A stretch of 64,000 nt of DNA from Pyrinomonadaceae bacterium (GTDB taxonomy: Bacteria > Acidobacteriota > Blastocatellia > Pyrinomonadales > Pyrinomonadaceae), in contig JBKBYA010000002.1 in assembly GCA_046313635.1 (NCBI GenBank), forward strand, positions 480,001-544,000, given 5' to 3'. The notes beneath the pieces were generated by a model. It had not been told where the DNA came from. It saw nothing but the letters and a program-made list of their open reading frames with translations, and did not search any database. Positions 32,551-42,964 of this stretch are shown piece by piece. The first letter of the stretch is position 1; each line of letters begins with the position of its first letter. The position numbers and the translations under genes were made by a program.

Positions 32551-33076
32551 TCACTCGCTTTCGGCGGCCTCGCCTGCGTTGAGGATCTCGCGCACCTTTT
32601 TGACGAGAGCCCGGGTCGAGTACGGCTTATGCAGAAAGCTTGTGCCGGCGTCGAGCATTCCCTGCCGGAAGACGGCGTCGTCGGTGTAGCCGCTCGAAAA
32701 GAGGACCTTCAGGCCGGGCAGCCGAGCCGATAAGGCCGCTGCCAGTTCGGGCCCGGTCGAGCCGGGCATAACGACATCGGTAAAGAGCAGATCGATGTGT
32801 CCGCATTCTGCCGCGATCGCCTGAGCCTCGGCTGCGTCAGCGGCAGACAGGGTCTTGTAGCCCCTCGCCCTCAGCGTATCGACCGCAAACTCGCGAACTC
32901 GTCTGAACCTGTAGCAGAGCTACCGCTTCCACTCGGGCGAGAAATAAACCTCGTTGGTCGATAAATCCCAGTCCCACAGGCCTATGTTGGATCTCACATC
33001 GCGTCGCCTGACTACCACTCGGACGGCGCTTGCCTAGACCTTTTTGCCGTCGGTGCGGCGGGTCGGCATCGGTCAT
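32551..33076 (-). pseudogene. Collapsed PAS...receiver hybrid kinase remnant; 5' boundary uncertain
   Basis: One frame reads [26 protein letters not shown] (PAS start, TAG at 32920-32922) straight into VREFAVDTL...IDLLFTDVVMPG...FLHKPY (receiver lacking its first strand). Confidence 0.75.
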
Positions 33077-33459
33077 CTTAAAGCCAAATCGCGGCGGAAC
33101 CGGCGTGCCGGGCGTCCCCTAAAAATGTGCAGCCGGGCAGATCACAGGAAGTCTCGATCGATGCTCTAAAAACGTCCGGAAAGTTGCCGGACCACGGGGC
33201 TCAAAGACCGGGACTATTGGGTGTGACGCATCGCCTACACGCTATACCCGATAGAAGATCGAGTCAAGCACCCTCTCGGCGGCCGAGGCGGTCGCATTTG
33301 AAGTCGCCCGCGTCTTGCGGCGCCGGCGTCCAACGTTTTGCCGGGCGCGGGCCGTCAAAGGTTTGATCATCGGCCGCGAAACTTCGCCTTGCGATAGGTC
33401 GAAGATGAACGTCCTGCGTTCAGCGAGCTGCGGTCCGGCTCCTCATCCTGGGCCCGATG

Positions 33460-33480
33460 TTTGTGATAACCTCTCACAAA
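33460..33480. promoter_or_regulatory. Palindromic candidate operator
   Basis: TTTGTGA-N7-TCACAAA ending 5 nt before ATG 33486. Confidence 0.4.
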
Positions 33481-33485
33481 AACTA

Positions 33486-34178
33486 ATGCGAATAAGATCT
33501 TTCGAATCGAAACTTTGCCGGCCGCGCCGCGTGCCGGCCGGTTGGGTGATCGCCCTAGTGCTCGCTGCCGGAGTCTCTCTATTTGGCCAGACCGCAGACG
33601 CGCCGGTCGTCGTCCAGCCCGGAGCTCCGGGCCAGCCGACGCGGCGGCTGCCCTCGTCGACGACCGCGACGCTCCCGCCGCGTTCGGCCAAGGACGTCGA
33701 GTTCATGCGGGGAATGATCATGCATCACGCACAAGCCGTGGAGATGACGGCCCTGATCGACGCGCGGACCGAGAACAAGGAGCTCCGGCTTTTGGGCTCG
33801 CGGATCAGCCAGTCGCAGGCCGACGAGATGAACTTTATGAAGCGCTGGCTAGCTGCCCGCGGCGAGCCGCTCTCGGCATCGCGCGTCGCGATGCCCGGCT
33901 CGGGCCCCGGCTCGGACGAACATCCGATGACGATGCCGGGCATGCTGACCAAACAGCAGATGGACGAGCTGCGCGCGGCAAAGGGTGCTGAGTTTGACAA
34001 GCTCTTTTTGAAGGGGATGATCCAGCACCACACGGGAGCTCTGGCGATGGTCAAAGAGCTGTTTGAAACGGCGGGCGCGGGTCAGGACGCCGAGATCTTC
34101 AATTTTGCGACCGACGTCGACAACGGCCAAAGGGCCGAGATCAAGATCATGCAAACAATGTTGGAAAAGATTCCGTAA
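33486..34178 (+). CDS. DUF305 (ferritin-like) exported protein
   Basis: DVEFMRGMIMHHAQAVEM and FLKGMIQHHTGALAM repeats. Confidence 0.85.
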   Translation: MRIRSFESKLCRPRRVPAGWVIALVLAAGVSLFGQTADAPVVVQPGAPGQPTRRLPSSTTATLPPRSAKDVEFMRGMIMHHAQAVEMTALIDARTENKELRLLGSRISQSQADEMNFMKRWLAARGEPLSASRVAMPGSGPGSDEHPMTMPGMLTKQQMDELRAAKGAEFDKLFLKGMIQHHTGALAMVKELFETAGAGQDAEIFNFATDVDNGQRAEIKIMQTMLEKIP

Positions 34179-34183
34179 AAGAA

Positions 34184-36112
34184 GTGATGATGAACCCAAA
34201 ACCTACCTTAGCCGTCCGATCGTTCACGCTTTCGTTGGTCCTTTTTGCGCTTTTGTCCGCGGCCGCCCTCGCGCAGTCGCCGGCTCCGACGCTGCCGCCG
34301 GGAATGACCGGCCCCGACACCGCCGACCCGCGGGCCAAGCTTTCGCCGGGATTGTACGACGCTGGCGAGGCCGCGATGGGAATGAGGCATCTGCTGCTGA
34401 TGAAAAAGCCCGACGCCTTCCAGCTCGGCTCCGACGATCCGGACGACCCGCGTGTGCTCAAGGCGCTCGGAATGATCGGCATCGGCGACGCCGCGGGTAT
34501 GCCGAGAGAAGTGCGACTCGTCGTGGCGGGCCTCGCCTTCTCCAATTCGGACCTTGCGTTCCAGGGCAGCAGATTGTTTCAGGGAAATTTTTACGGCGTA
34601 AACATTTATGACATCTCTGACCCAGCAAAGACTCGCCTGCTCACCTCGGTGGTCTGCCCGGGCGGGCAGGGCGATGTGTCGGTCTATAAGAACTTGATGT
34701 TCATGTCGGTCGAGATGCCGAATGGCCGCCTCGACTGCGGGACGCAGGGCTTCGCACCGGAGCCGCCGCCCGCCAACGGCCAGCCGGCGATGCCAAAGGC
34801 CGAGAAGGACCGCTTCCGCGGCGTCCGCATCTTCGACATCAGCGACATTCGCAACCCGAAGCAGGTCGGCGCCGTCCAGACCTGCCGCGGCTCGCACACG
34901 CACACGCTGCTCGTCGATCCCAAGGACAAGGAGAATGTTTATATCTACGTCTCCGGGACGTCATTCGTGAGGCCCGCCGAGGAGCTCGCCGGCTGCTCCG
35001 CCGAGGAGCCGAGCAAAGACCCGAACACGGCGCTTTTCCGCATCGAGGTGATCAAGGTGCCGCTCAAGGCGCCGCACGACGCAAAGATCGTCTCGAGCCC
35101 GCGGGTCTTTATGGACACGCGTTCCGGCGCGATCGCCGGACTCTCGAGCGCGGCGACGCACGGCGTCGGCAAGCCGACCCCGACCGACCAGTGCCACGAC
35201 ATCACCGTTTACCCGGCTATCGGACTTGCCGCCGGCGCGTGTGAAGGCAACGGCATCCTGCTGGACATAAGCGACCCGGTCAACCCGAAACGCATCGACG
35301 CGGTCAACGACCCGAATTATGCTTACTGGCATTCTGCCGCGTTCTCGAATGACGGCAAAAAGGTCGTCTTTACCGACGAGTGGGGCGGCGGAATGGGCCC
35401 GCGATGCAGGCCCTATGACCCGATGAAATGGGGAGCCAACGCACTCTTCCGGCTCGGTGCCGACAGAAAGCTCGTCTTCGCCGGCTACTACAAGATGCCC
35501 GCCGCGCAGGGCGAGACCGAGAACTGCGTCGCGCACAACGGCTCGCTCATCCCCGTGCCCGGCCGCGACATAAAAGTGCAGGCCTGGTATCAGGGCGGAA
35601 TATCGGTAATGGATTTTAGCGATCCGGAAGCTCCGGTCGAGATCGCGTATTTCGACCGCGGCCCGATCGACAGCAAACACGTTATCCTCGGCGGATCTTG
35701 GTCGGCCTACTGGTACAACGGCCATATCTACTCGTCCGAGATCGCTCGCGGGCTCGACATCCTTGAGCTGACGCCGACAAAGTTCCTCTCTCAGAACGAG
35801 ATCGACGCCGCGCGGGCGGCGCGGGTTGATGAGCTGAACGTCCAAAGCCAACAGCCGCTGAAATGGCCGCGCAAGCTCGTCGTCGCCAAGGCATACATCG
35901 ATCAGCTCGAGCGGTCGAGCCAGCTCTCGGCCGACCGAATCGCGGAGCTCAGGTCGGCGATCGAGCGGGCCGAGGCGTCGCGTTTGAGCCGGTCTGACCG
36001 TGCAAGGCTCAAAAAGCTGGCCGATGCCCTCGTTGGCTCACGCAGCTCCGATCCTGCCGCAGGCTCGCGATTGAACGGCCTCGCGGACGTGCTTAGAGAT
36101 CCGTCGCTTTGA
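34184..36112 (+). CDS. Secreted LVIVD-repeat protein
   Basis: Signal peptide, repeated IYDISDP/IFDISD/LLDISDP, CRGSHTHT, CHDIT, ENCVAHNG. Confidence 0.75.
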   Translation: MMMNPKPTLAVRSFTLSLVLFALLSAAALAQSPAPTLPPGMTGPDTADPRAKLSPGLYDAGEAAMGMRHLLLMKKPDAFQLGSDDPDDPRVLKALGMIGIGDAAGMPREVRLVVAGLAFSNSDLAFQGSRLFQGNFYGVNIYDISDPAKTRLLTSVVCPGGQGDVSVYKNLMFMSVEMPNGRLDCGTQGFAPEPPPANGQPAMPKAEKDRFRGVRIFDISDIRNPKQVGAVQTCRGSHTHTLLVDPKDKENVYIYVSGTSFVRPAEELAGCSAEEPSKDPNTALFRIEVIKVPLKAPHDAKIVSSPRVFMDTRSGAIAGLSSAATHGVGKPTPTDQCHDITVYPAIGLAAGACEGNGILLDISDPVNPKRIDAVNDPNYAYWHSAAFSNDGKKVVFTDEWGGGMGPRCRPYDPMKWGANALFRLGADRKLVFAGYYKMPAAQGETENCVAHNGSLIPVPGRDIKVQAWYQGGISVMDFSDPEAPVEIAYFDRGPIDSKHVILGGSWSAYWYNGHIYSSEIARGLDILELTPTKFLSQNEIDAARAARVDELNVQSQQPLKWPRKLVVAKAYIDQLERSSQLSADRIAELRSAIERAEASRLSRSDRARLKKLADALVGSRSSDPAAGSRLNGLADVLRDPSL

Positions 36113-36166
36113 CGGCAGGGCGGTCAGATCGACGGCGGAATAGACGGCCGTCAAAGACCGTGTTCA

Positions 36167-36198
36167 GGGGCGATCGGTCGTCGATCGCCTCTTTTTTT
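36167..36198 (+). terminator. Rho-independent terminator
   Basis: GGCGATCG-GTCGT-CGATCGCC followed by TCTTTTTTT. Confidence 0.75.
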
Positions 36199-36309
36199 GC
36201 CTCGGAAAGCGCGGTATTTGTCGTCAATTGATGCGAATTGCCGCGCTGGATGTCTCGATTTTTCGCGCTTGCCGCGGCGCAGACCTGCCGTTTGCTCAAC
36301 GAACGTGGT

Positions 36310-36324
36310 CGGCACGCGGCTTGC
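36310..36324 (+). promoter_or_regulatory. Sigma54 (-24/-12) promoter
   Basis: CGGCACGCGGCTTGC, GG-N10-GC, close to the TGGCACG-N4-TTGC consensus, about 120 nt upstream of 36444. Confidence 0.7.
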
Positions 36325-36443
36325 GAGATGAAAATCGGTTATAATCGCTCTGCGATCGAGTAACGACGCACCCTTCATTCACCCTAGTATTTGACGGTCT
36401 GCTGTTGTTGAATCTGCCTGGCAGGCCGGTTGTGTGAACTCCA

Positions 36444-38222
36444 ATGGAAAGACCGCAAATTTTGATAATCGATGATGACGAAGGGGTGCGCAATCTTCTC
36501 TGCGAGCTGCTGACCGCCGAATATGACTGCGGACAGTCTGCGAACGGCGCGGATGCGATGGAGCAGGTCCGACGGCGCTCGTTCGATCTTGCGCTGATCG
36601 ACATCAACCTGGGCACCGCCGACGGGATACAACTCGCCGGCGAGATCGCGCGCGTCTCGCCCGATACGGTCATCGTGATGGTGACCGGCAGTATGGACAT
36701 CAACAGCGCGATCAACTCGATGAGGCTGGGAGCGTTTGATTACATTACCAAGCCCTTTCACCTCGACGTGATCGCCGATACGGTACGCCGGGCGATCGAT
36801 CGCGGCAACGAGATACGAGCCAGTCGAAAAGAGAAGCAGCGCCTCTCGGACGATCTCGAACGCATCAGCAGCCGACTCAGATTCATCGAAAGCTTTGACC
36901 CGATCACACAATTGCCCAATGCGACGCGTTTCGAGACCGAGATCGAGCACGCGCTGAAGCGCGGCGACGCTCTCTCCGTCGTACGCGTGTCGATGCCGCG
37001 ATTCGACAACGTGCGCAATACGCTGGGGCAGGCCTGCGCACAGAGCATTCTGATCGACGCCGCGGCGAGGCTGCGTCACGTGCTGGGCGAGGATATCGTC
37101 GTTAGCCGCATCGAAGCGGCGGACTTCGGATTCTTTGTGCGCGGGGGCGCCGACGACGTCGTGCTGAATGTCATCAGCGACCTGCGAGACGCTCTGAACG
37201 AGCCTTTCGTGCTCGAGGGCCATGAGTTCTTTGCGGCGCCGAGGTTTGGGATCGCCAGGGCTTTTGGAATTGAACGTGAGGCAAGGCTGGCGATTGCCGA
37301 CGCCGGAGCCGCGCTCGCTTATGCGATCCGCTCGCCGGACAGCGACCACGCATTTTATTCGCCCGAGATGCATCTCGACGACCTTGACCGGTTGGTGCTC
37401 GAGGCGGACCTCTACCGTGCGATAGAGCGCGATGAGTTGAGGCTGGCGTATCAGCCGACTGTGAATGTCTTTGCCGGCGACATTGTCGGCGTCGAAGCTC
37501 TCCTGCGTTGGCGGCGGGGCGGCATCGACGACATTGCTCCGCTGGACTTTATCGGCATCGCCGAAGATAACGGCCTCATACTGGAACTCGGGCAATGGGT
37601 CCTGAGAGAGGCCTGCCGGCAAATGCGCGAGTGGCACGATCAGGGATTGCTGCTGAGAGTCGCGGTCAATATCTCACCGCGGCAGTTCTACGGCCAAGAT
37701 CTCGTCGCGATGGTCGATCAGGCGTTCGAGGAGACCGGTGCCGACCCGTCGTATCTGGATATAGAGATCACCGAGTCGATCCTGATGTCAGACCGCAAAC
37801 GCGCGGCGGCGATCGTCGAGCGGCTCCGGGCGTTGGGCATATCTGTCGCGATCGACGATTTTGGCACCGGAGCGTCGTCGCTCGAGCAGCTCAAGAATCT
37901 GCCCGCAGACATTCTCAAGATCGACCGATCCTTCATTTCGGACATCGTCGAGAGCAAAGAGTGCTCGGCCGTCGTGACCGCGATCCTTGACCTCGCACAT
38001 AGACTGAACCTCGAGGTGATAGCCGAGGGCGTCGAGACCCAACAGCAGCTCGAGCGTCTTCGGGCCCTGAAGTGCGATAAATGGCAAGGATTTCTGATGA
38101 GCCCGCCGGCGCCGCCTGACGAGATCCCGGCACTTGCCACGTTTGCCGCCGCGGCGGCCGCCGAAGCCCGCGTACCCCACCGCACACCGCATCCGTCATT
38201 TATCGTGCCGATCAAACGCTAG
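36444..38222 (+). CDS. Response regulator with degenerate GGDEF and EAL phosphodiesterase domains
   Basis: REC (ILIIDDD, YITKP), SRIEAADF in place of GGDEF, VEALLRW, DDFGTG. Confidence 0.9.
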   Translation: MERPQILIIDDDEGVRNLLCELLTAEYDCGQSANGADAMEQVRRRSFDLALIDINLGTADGIQLAGEIARVSPDTVIVMVTGSMDINSAINSMRLGAFDYITKPFHLDVIADTVRRAIDRGNEIRASRKEKQRLSDDLERISSRLRFIESFDPITQLPNATRFETEIEHALKRGDALSVVRVSMPRFDNVRNTLGQACAQSILIDAAARLRHVLGEDIVVSRIEAADFGFFVRGGADDVVLNVISDLRDALNEPFVLEGHEFFAAPRFGIARAFGIEREARLAIADAGAALAYAIRSPDSDHAFYSPEMHLDDLDRLVLEADLYRAIERDELRLAYQPTVNVFAGDIVGVEALLRWRRGGIDDIAPLDFIGIAEDNGLILELGQWVLREACRQMREWHDQGLLLRVAVNISPRQFYGQDLVAMVDQAFEETGADPSYLDIEITESILMSDRKRAAAIVERLRALGISVAIDDFGTGASSLEQLKNLPADILKIDRSFISDIVESKECSAVVTAILDLAHRLNLEVIAEGVETQQQLERLRALKCDKWQGFLMSPPAPPDEIPALATFAAAAAAEARVPHRTPHPSFIVPIKR

Positions 38223-38244
38223 CGAGCGCAGGCACGTCCGAGAG

Positions 38245-38814
38245 TTAGACAAACTCCGACACACGCTCGCGGCAGCTGCGGCATATCCCGTGCGACAGGC
38301 CCGGCAGCACCTCACGCGCCAAAAGTCCCAGATCGCGGACGGCGTCGTCGATCTCGACCCATTGTCCGGTCCTCGGCGTTTGGACGCGTTTGCACCAAGA
38401 GCAGACGATAACTACCCAGTCGCGGGCACGCCGCGCCCCGCGATCGATAAGACTCGCCTCGCGCGGCCGGGGAGCGACGGCGAGTGTCGAGCACTCGAAT
38501 TCGATCTCATCGTCATCGTGCCGCCTGATCGCGAGCCGCAAGAGGCGGCTCACATCCGGTGCGTCACATCGCACATCGAGCTCGACCGTTCGGCCGGCCC
38601 GCACCCTCGCGAGTATCATCCGATACACTTCGCGTGTCTCGGGATCTGCGATGAAGTCCCAAAGGCTGCGGCCGACCAGGTCGCCGCCGGCGAGCTCCGG
38701 GGCATCGTTCTCCAGGGCAAACGCCCGCCCCGCTTCATTGACGAATGAAAGGCGGTCGTCTTTGCCGATGCGGTATTTTACGGTGGGCCAGATGTTTTGC
38801 CCGTCAGTATTCAT
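38245..38814 (-). CDS. PAS-like domain protein with C-terminal CxxC...HxxCxxC module
   Basis: FVNEAG..LVGRSLWDFI, CSWCKRV, SHGICRSC. Confidence 0.7.
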   Translation of the reverse strand: MNTDGQNIWPTVKYRIGKDDRLSFVNEAGRAFALENDAPELAGGDLVGRSLWDFIADPETREVYRMILARVRAGRTVELDVRCDAPDVSRLLRLAIRRHDDDEIEFECSTLAVAPRPREASLIDRGARRARDWVVIVCSWCKRVQTPRTGQWVEIDDAVRDLGLLAREVLPGLSHGICRSCRERVSEFV

Positions 38815-38829
38815 TTTTTGCAGAGAGGC

Positions 38830-40242
38830 CTATTCTGGGTGCGAGGGAGTATCAAGCCCGGCTCGCCGCAGTATGCGTGTCAGCGTCTTGCGATCGATAT
38901 CGAGGATGCGTGCGGCGGCCTGCTTGTTGCCGCCGGTGTGTTCAAGGACCCGGGCCGCATACCGGGCCTCGAGCGCGGCAAGCGTGATCGGGCGAAAGGT
39001 ATCGTCCGCGGCGTCGTCGAGAGCTCGTTCGATCTTTCCCGAGTCGGCCGCCGAACGACGCGGCGCCTCGGCGATACGCGGGGGCAGGTGCTCGACCCTT
39101 ACGACGTCGTCGGCGAGAGAGGTCGCGCGCAAGACGGCGTTCTCCAGCTCGCGAACGTTGCCGGGCCAGTCGTAAGCGCACAGCAGGTCCATCGCCTCGG
39201 ACGAGAAGGCCACCCCGCCCGGCCGGATGTTCGCGGCAAAAAAGTCGACCAGCAGCGGTATGTCGCCGCGACGTTCACGCAGCGGCGGCAGATTTACCGA
39301 TACGGCGTTCAGCCGGTACATAAGGTCCTGCCTGAACCTGCCGGCTCTCGCCTCCTCTTCGATGTCGCGGTTGGTCGCGGCGATCACCCGCACGTTGACC
39401 TTGATCGTACGATTCGAGCCGACGCGTCTGATCTCGCCCTCCTGTAGCGCCCGGAGCAGCTTGACCTGAAAAAGCGATCCGGTCTCGGTGATCTCGTCCA
39501 AAAAGATCGTGCCGCCGTCGGCCTCTTCCCACAGTCCCGCCCGATCGCGATCGGCCCCAGTGAAAGAACCCTTGGCGTGACCGAAGAGCTCGGACTCGAT
39601 CAGCTCGACCGGGATCGCGCCGCAGTTCACGGCGACGAAGGGCCCGGCGGCGCGCCGGCTGCGCTGGTGTATGGCACGGGCGACGACCTCCTTTCCCGTT
39701 CCCGATTCACCAGCGATCAGGATCGGAAGTTCGGTGCCCGAAACGCGCCCGACCATCTTTAGACACTCGACGAATTCACGGCTTTTACCGATCAGGCGAA
39801 TGTCCGAGACGTACCCGACGATCTCTCTTTTCCTCAAATTCCTGGCGGCACTTCGCTTGTCCACTCGCTCTGTCGCCGAACGGGCGATGGAGGCGATCTG
39901 ATCTATCGAGAAAGGCTTTAGCAGATAGTCGTAAGCGCCCTTCGCCGTCGCGTCCAGAGCGCCTGCGGCCGATGCGTGGCCGGTCATCAATATGAAGCGG
40001 GTCTCGGGCCGTTCGCGAGAGAATCTGGCTAGTACCTGATAGCCGTCGTTGCCGCCGAGGACCACATCGCAAAAGACGACGTCCCAATCATTGTCGCTCC
40101 AGAGGTGCATCGCCTCTTCGGCGCTCGCCGCCTCGGAGACGTCAAAGCCCTCCGTCCGCAGCACTTCGGCTACGAGAGAACTGACCTGTGCATCGTCGTC
40201 GATCACCAGCGCGCGGTTCTGGCTCTTAGACCCGGGATCCAT
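38830..40242 (-). CDS. Sigma54-dependent NtrC/Fis-family response regulator
   Basis: REC, GESGTGKE, ESELFGH.KGSFTGA, WPGNVREL, C-terminal HTH. Confidence 0.95.
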   Translation of the reverse strand: MDPGSKSQNRALVIDDDAQVSSLVAEVLRTEGFDVSEAASAEEAMHLWSDNDWDVVFCDVVLGGNDGYQVLARFSRERPETRFILMTGHASAAGALDATAKGAYDYLLKPFSIDQIASIARSATERVDKRSAARNLRKREIVGYVSDIRLIGKSREFVECLKMVGRVSGTELPILIAGESGTGKEVVARAIHQRSRRAAGPFVAVNCGAIPVELIESELFGHAKGSFTGADRDRAGLWEEADGGTIFLDEITETGSLFQVKLLRALQEGEIRRVGSNRTIKVNVRVIAATNRDIEEEARAGRFRQDLMYRLNAVSVNLPPLRERRGDIPLLVDFFAANIRPGGVAFSSEAMDLLCAYDWPGNVRELENAVLRATSLADDVVRVEHLPPRIAEAPRRSAADSGKIERALDDAADDTFRPITLAALEARYAARVLEHTGGNKQAAARILDIDRKTLTRILRRAGLDTPSHPE

Positions 40243-40288
40243 AATCGCTGGCGCAATAATGCCTGCAAAACTTGTTTGCGGTCAACGG

Positions 40289-42928
40289 TCAGCGACCGGC
40301 AGACGGTGACACGTCGCCTGTACGGGCCGGCCCGTCAAGGCACTCGCGCACCTTTGTCGCGAGGTCGGAGAGCGTAAAGGGCTTTGCGATGAAATTCGAG
40401 TTGGCGGCCACGCCGTCGCGTGCGACAAAGTCGTCGGTGTAGCCCGACATAAAGAGCACTTTCATGCCCGGCCGGGTCTCGGACAAACGTGCTGCCAATT
40501 CCCTTCCCGACATCCGCGGCATCACCATGTCTGTAAGGAGCAGATCGAAATGCCGCCCTGTGCCTTCAAACATCTCCAGCGCCTGCACGCCGTCGCTTGC
40601 CTGGACGACCTCGTACCCGCAGCTCCTCAGCAGCTCCGCCGTAAAGTCGCGTACCAGATCTTCGTCCTCGACCAGCAGGATGGTCTCGCTGCCGACACCG
40701 ACCGACTCCGGCTTGCTCGGACTCTCGGGCGCGGGCTCGGGGCCGGCGACGCGCGGCAGATAGATGTCAAAGGTGGTGCCGACGCCCTCGACGCTCTTGC
40801 ACCAGATGTAGCCGCCCGACTGCTTGACGATGCCGTAAACCGTGGCGAGGCCGAGGCCGGTACCCTTGCCCAGATCCTTTGTCGTAAAGAAGGGCTCGAA
40901 GATGTGCTTCTGGGTCTCTTCAGGCATTCCTGTGCCGGTATCGCTGACCGACAGCAGCGCGTAGCGTCCCGCGACACTGCCGAGATGCCGCTCGACAAAG
41001 TTCTCGTCGAGATCCGCATTTCGCGTCTGTATCAGCAGTTGACCGCCGGCGGGCATAGCGTCGCGGGCGTTGACCGCCAGATTCATGATCACCTGCGTCA
41101 GCTGACTCGGGTCGGCCTCGACGAAGCCTGCGTCCTCGGCAAGGTCGAGCTCGAGTGAGATGTTCTCGCCGATGAGACGTTCGAGCAGGACGCGGACCTC
41201 CTCGACCGGATCGTTGATGTTCATCACCTGCGGCTGCAATACCTGCCGCCGGCTAAAGGCGAGCATCTGATGGGTGAGCGCGGCCGAGCGCTCGCCCGCC
41301 TTCTTGATCGCCTCGATATTTCGACGCAGCGGATCGTCGGGGGCAAGACGCCGGAGCGTCAATTCGCTATAGCCGTTGATGGTTGTGAGCATATTGTTGA
41401 AGTCGTGGGCGATGCCGCCCGCAAGACGGCCGACCGATTCGAGCTTTTGCGCCTGGCGGAGCTGCTCGCCCTTTGTGATCATTTGCTCGATCAGATCGAC
41501 ATTTTCGACGGCGTTCGCGAGCAGAGACGCGGCCAGCCGCATCGCGGACGCATGCTCCTGCGTATATGCGCCCGGCTCGTAGCTCTGCACCTCGATGGTC
41601 CCGATCACTCGCCCCATGATCGCCATTGGTGCGATGATCGCCGATCGAGGCACTCTCGGGTCGGCGTCAAACCCGTAACAGATCTTTTCGGGCCGGTCCT
41701 CGATCAGCTCGAGATAGTCGTTGACGATGGCCGTTTCGCCGGTCGCGATGGCTCTGCCGACGGGCCCGTCGCTGACCGGCACGATGCCGAGCTCCTCGGG
41801 CGGCAGCGTCTGGCCGCTATACCACAGATACATCCCGGATCGCTGCTGCGCCTGCGCGTCGTAGCGCGAGATAAAAAGTGCCGAGCACGGGACGGAGGAG
41901 ACCGTGAACTGCAGCACCGCGTCGCAGATCGAGCCGATATCGTGAGCTCCGGCAAGCGACTGCCCGAGGGCGCCGAGCCGGTCGAGCAGTACCACGTACT
42001 CGTCGATCGCGCGTCGATTGGCCTCGGCGAGTTGGGCCCGAGCACGCGCCTGTTCGGTATTGTCACGCGCGATCCCGATCAGACCGACGAGCCTGCCCTC
42101 GCTATCGACCAGCGGCGAGGCCTGCAGGTACGCCGGAAAAGTGTCGCCGTCCTTTCGCTTTGACACGATCTCGCCGTACCAGCTCTGCCGGTTCCTGAGC
42201 TGCCTTACGACCTCTTCGGCCGCGGGCAGCGAGCCGTCGTCCGGGACGACGTCCAGAATGTTGCGGCCGATGACCTCGACACGCTCCCAGCCGTAGAGCC
42301 TCGATGCGAATTTGTTCCAGTAGGTGATGCGACCTTCGCGATCGGTCGCGAAGACTGCCTGCTCGACCGTGTCGAGCAAAAAGGCTTGAAAGGCCGCCTC
42401 CTCTTCGGTTCGGCGCTGCTTGTCTGTGAGCCGCTCGATGAGTTTGTCGCGATCGGCCGCATCGTGTTGCCGCCGGGGCTCTTCGACAGAGCGGCCGTAA
42501 TGTACGCGGACTCCCAGATCGTGTTGGGCCCGTGCCGCCGCCTCCGCCGGACGCAGCCCCGTGCGGAGGCTGTCCTCGGTAGGCCGATCTGCCCGGCGAC
42601 GCTCGATGGCGCGGGTGACATTAACGACGAAAGCCAACGCGGCAGCCCGGTCTCGGTCGAGATGACGAGCTTCGGTGCCCGCGGCCAACAGGCTGCCGAG
42701 CTCGACGAGAGCGGCCAGGTCCGGGCGCATCTTTCCAGGCCAGACGGCAGCGGCATCCGCGTCCGCGTGAATGATCAGGTCGGGCCCCTCACCGCCGGTC
42801 ACATCTGCGAGATCGTAGAGACCGGCGCTAACGTCGACGCGAAAACCCGCGTCGCCAAGCACTTTGGCGATCGTCGTGAGGCTCCCGGCATCTCGGCCGA
42901 TCAATAGAACGCTGTAGCTTTCGTTCAT
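40289..42928 (-). CDS. Hybrid sensor histidine kinase (PAS-GAF-HisKA-HATPase-REC)
   Basis: [30 protein letters not shown]. Confidence 0.93.
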   Translation of the reverse strand: MNESYSVLLIGRDAGSLTTIAKVLGDAGFRVDVSAGLYDLADVTGGEGPDLIIHADADAAAVWPGKMRPDLAALVELGSLLAAGTEARHLDRDRAAALAFVVNVTRAIERRRADRPTEDSLRTGLRPAEAAARAQHDLGVRVHYGRSVEEPRRQHDAADRDKLIERLTDKQRRTEEEAAFQAFLLDTVEQAVFATDREGRITYWNKFASRLYGWERVEVIGRNILDVVPDDGSLPAAEEVVRQLRNRQSWYGEIVSKRKDGDTFPAYLQASPLVDSEGRLVGLIGIARDNTEQARARAQLAEANRRAIDEYVVLLDRLGALGQSLAGAHDIGSICDAVLQFTVSSVPCSALFISRYDAQAQQRSGMYLWYSGQTLPPEELGIVPVSDGPVGRAIATGETAIVNDYLELIEDRPEKICYGFDADPRVPRSAIIAPMAIMGRVIGTIEVQSYEPGAYTQEHASAMRLAASLLANAVENVDLIEQMITKGEQLRQAQKLESVGRLAGGIAHDFNNMLTTINGYSELTLRRLAPDDPLRRNIEAIKKAGERSAALTHQMLAFSRRQVLQPQVMNINDPVEEVRVLLERLIGENISLELDLAEDAGFVEADPSQLTQVIMNLAVNARDAMPAGGQLLIQTRNADLDENFVERHLGSVAGRYALLSVSDTGTGMPEETQKHIFEPFFTTKDLGKGTGLGLATVYGIVKQSGGYIWCKSVEGVGTTFDIYLPRVAGPEPAPESPSKPESVGVGSETILLVEDEDLVRDFTAELLRSCGYEVVQASDGVQALEMFEGTGRHFDLLLTDMVMPRMSGRELAARLSETRPGMKVLFMSGYTDDFVARDGVAANSNFIAKPFTLSDLATKVRECLDGPARTGDVSPSAGR

Positions 42929-42964
42929 AACAGGGTGGACTGTGATCGGTCGCGCTTTCAGCTG

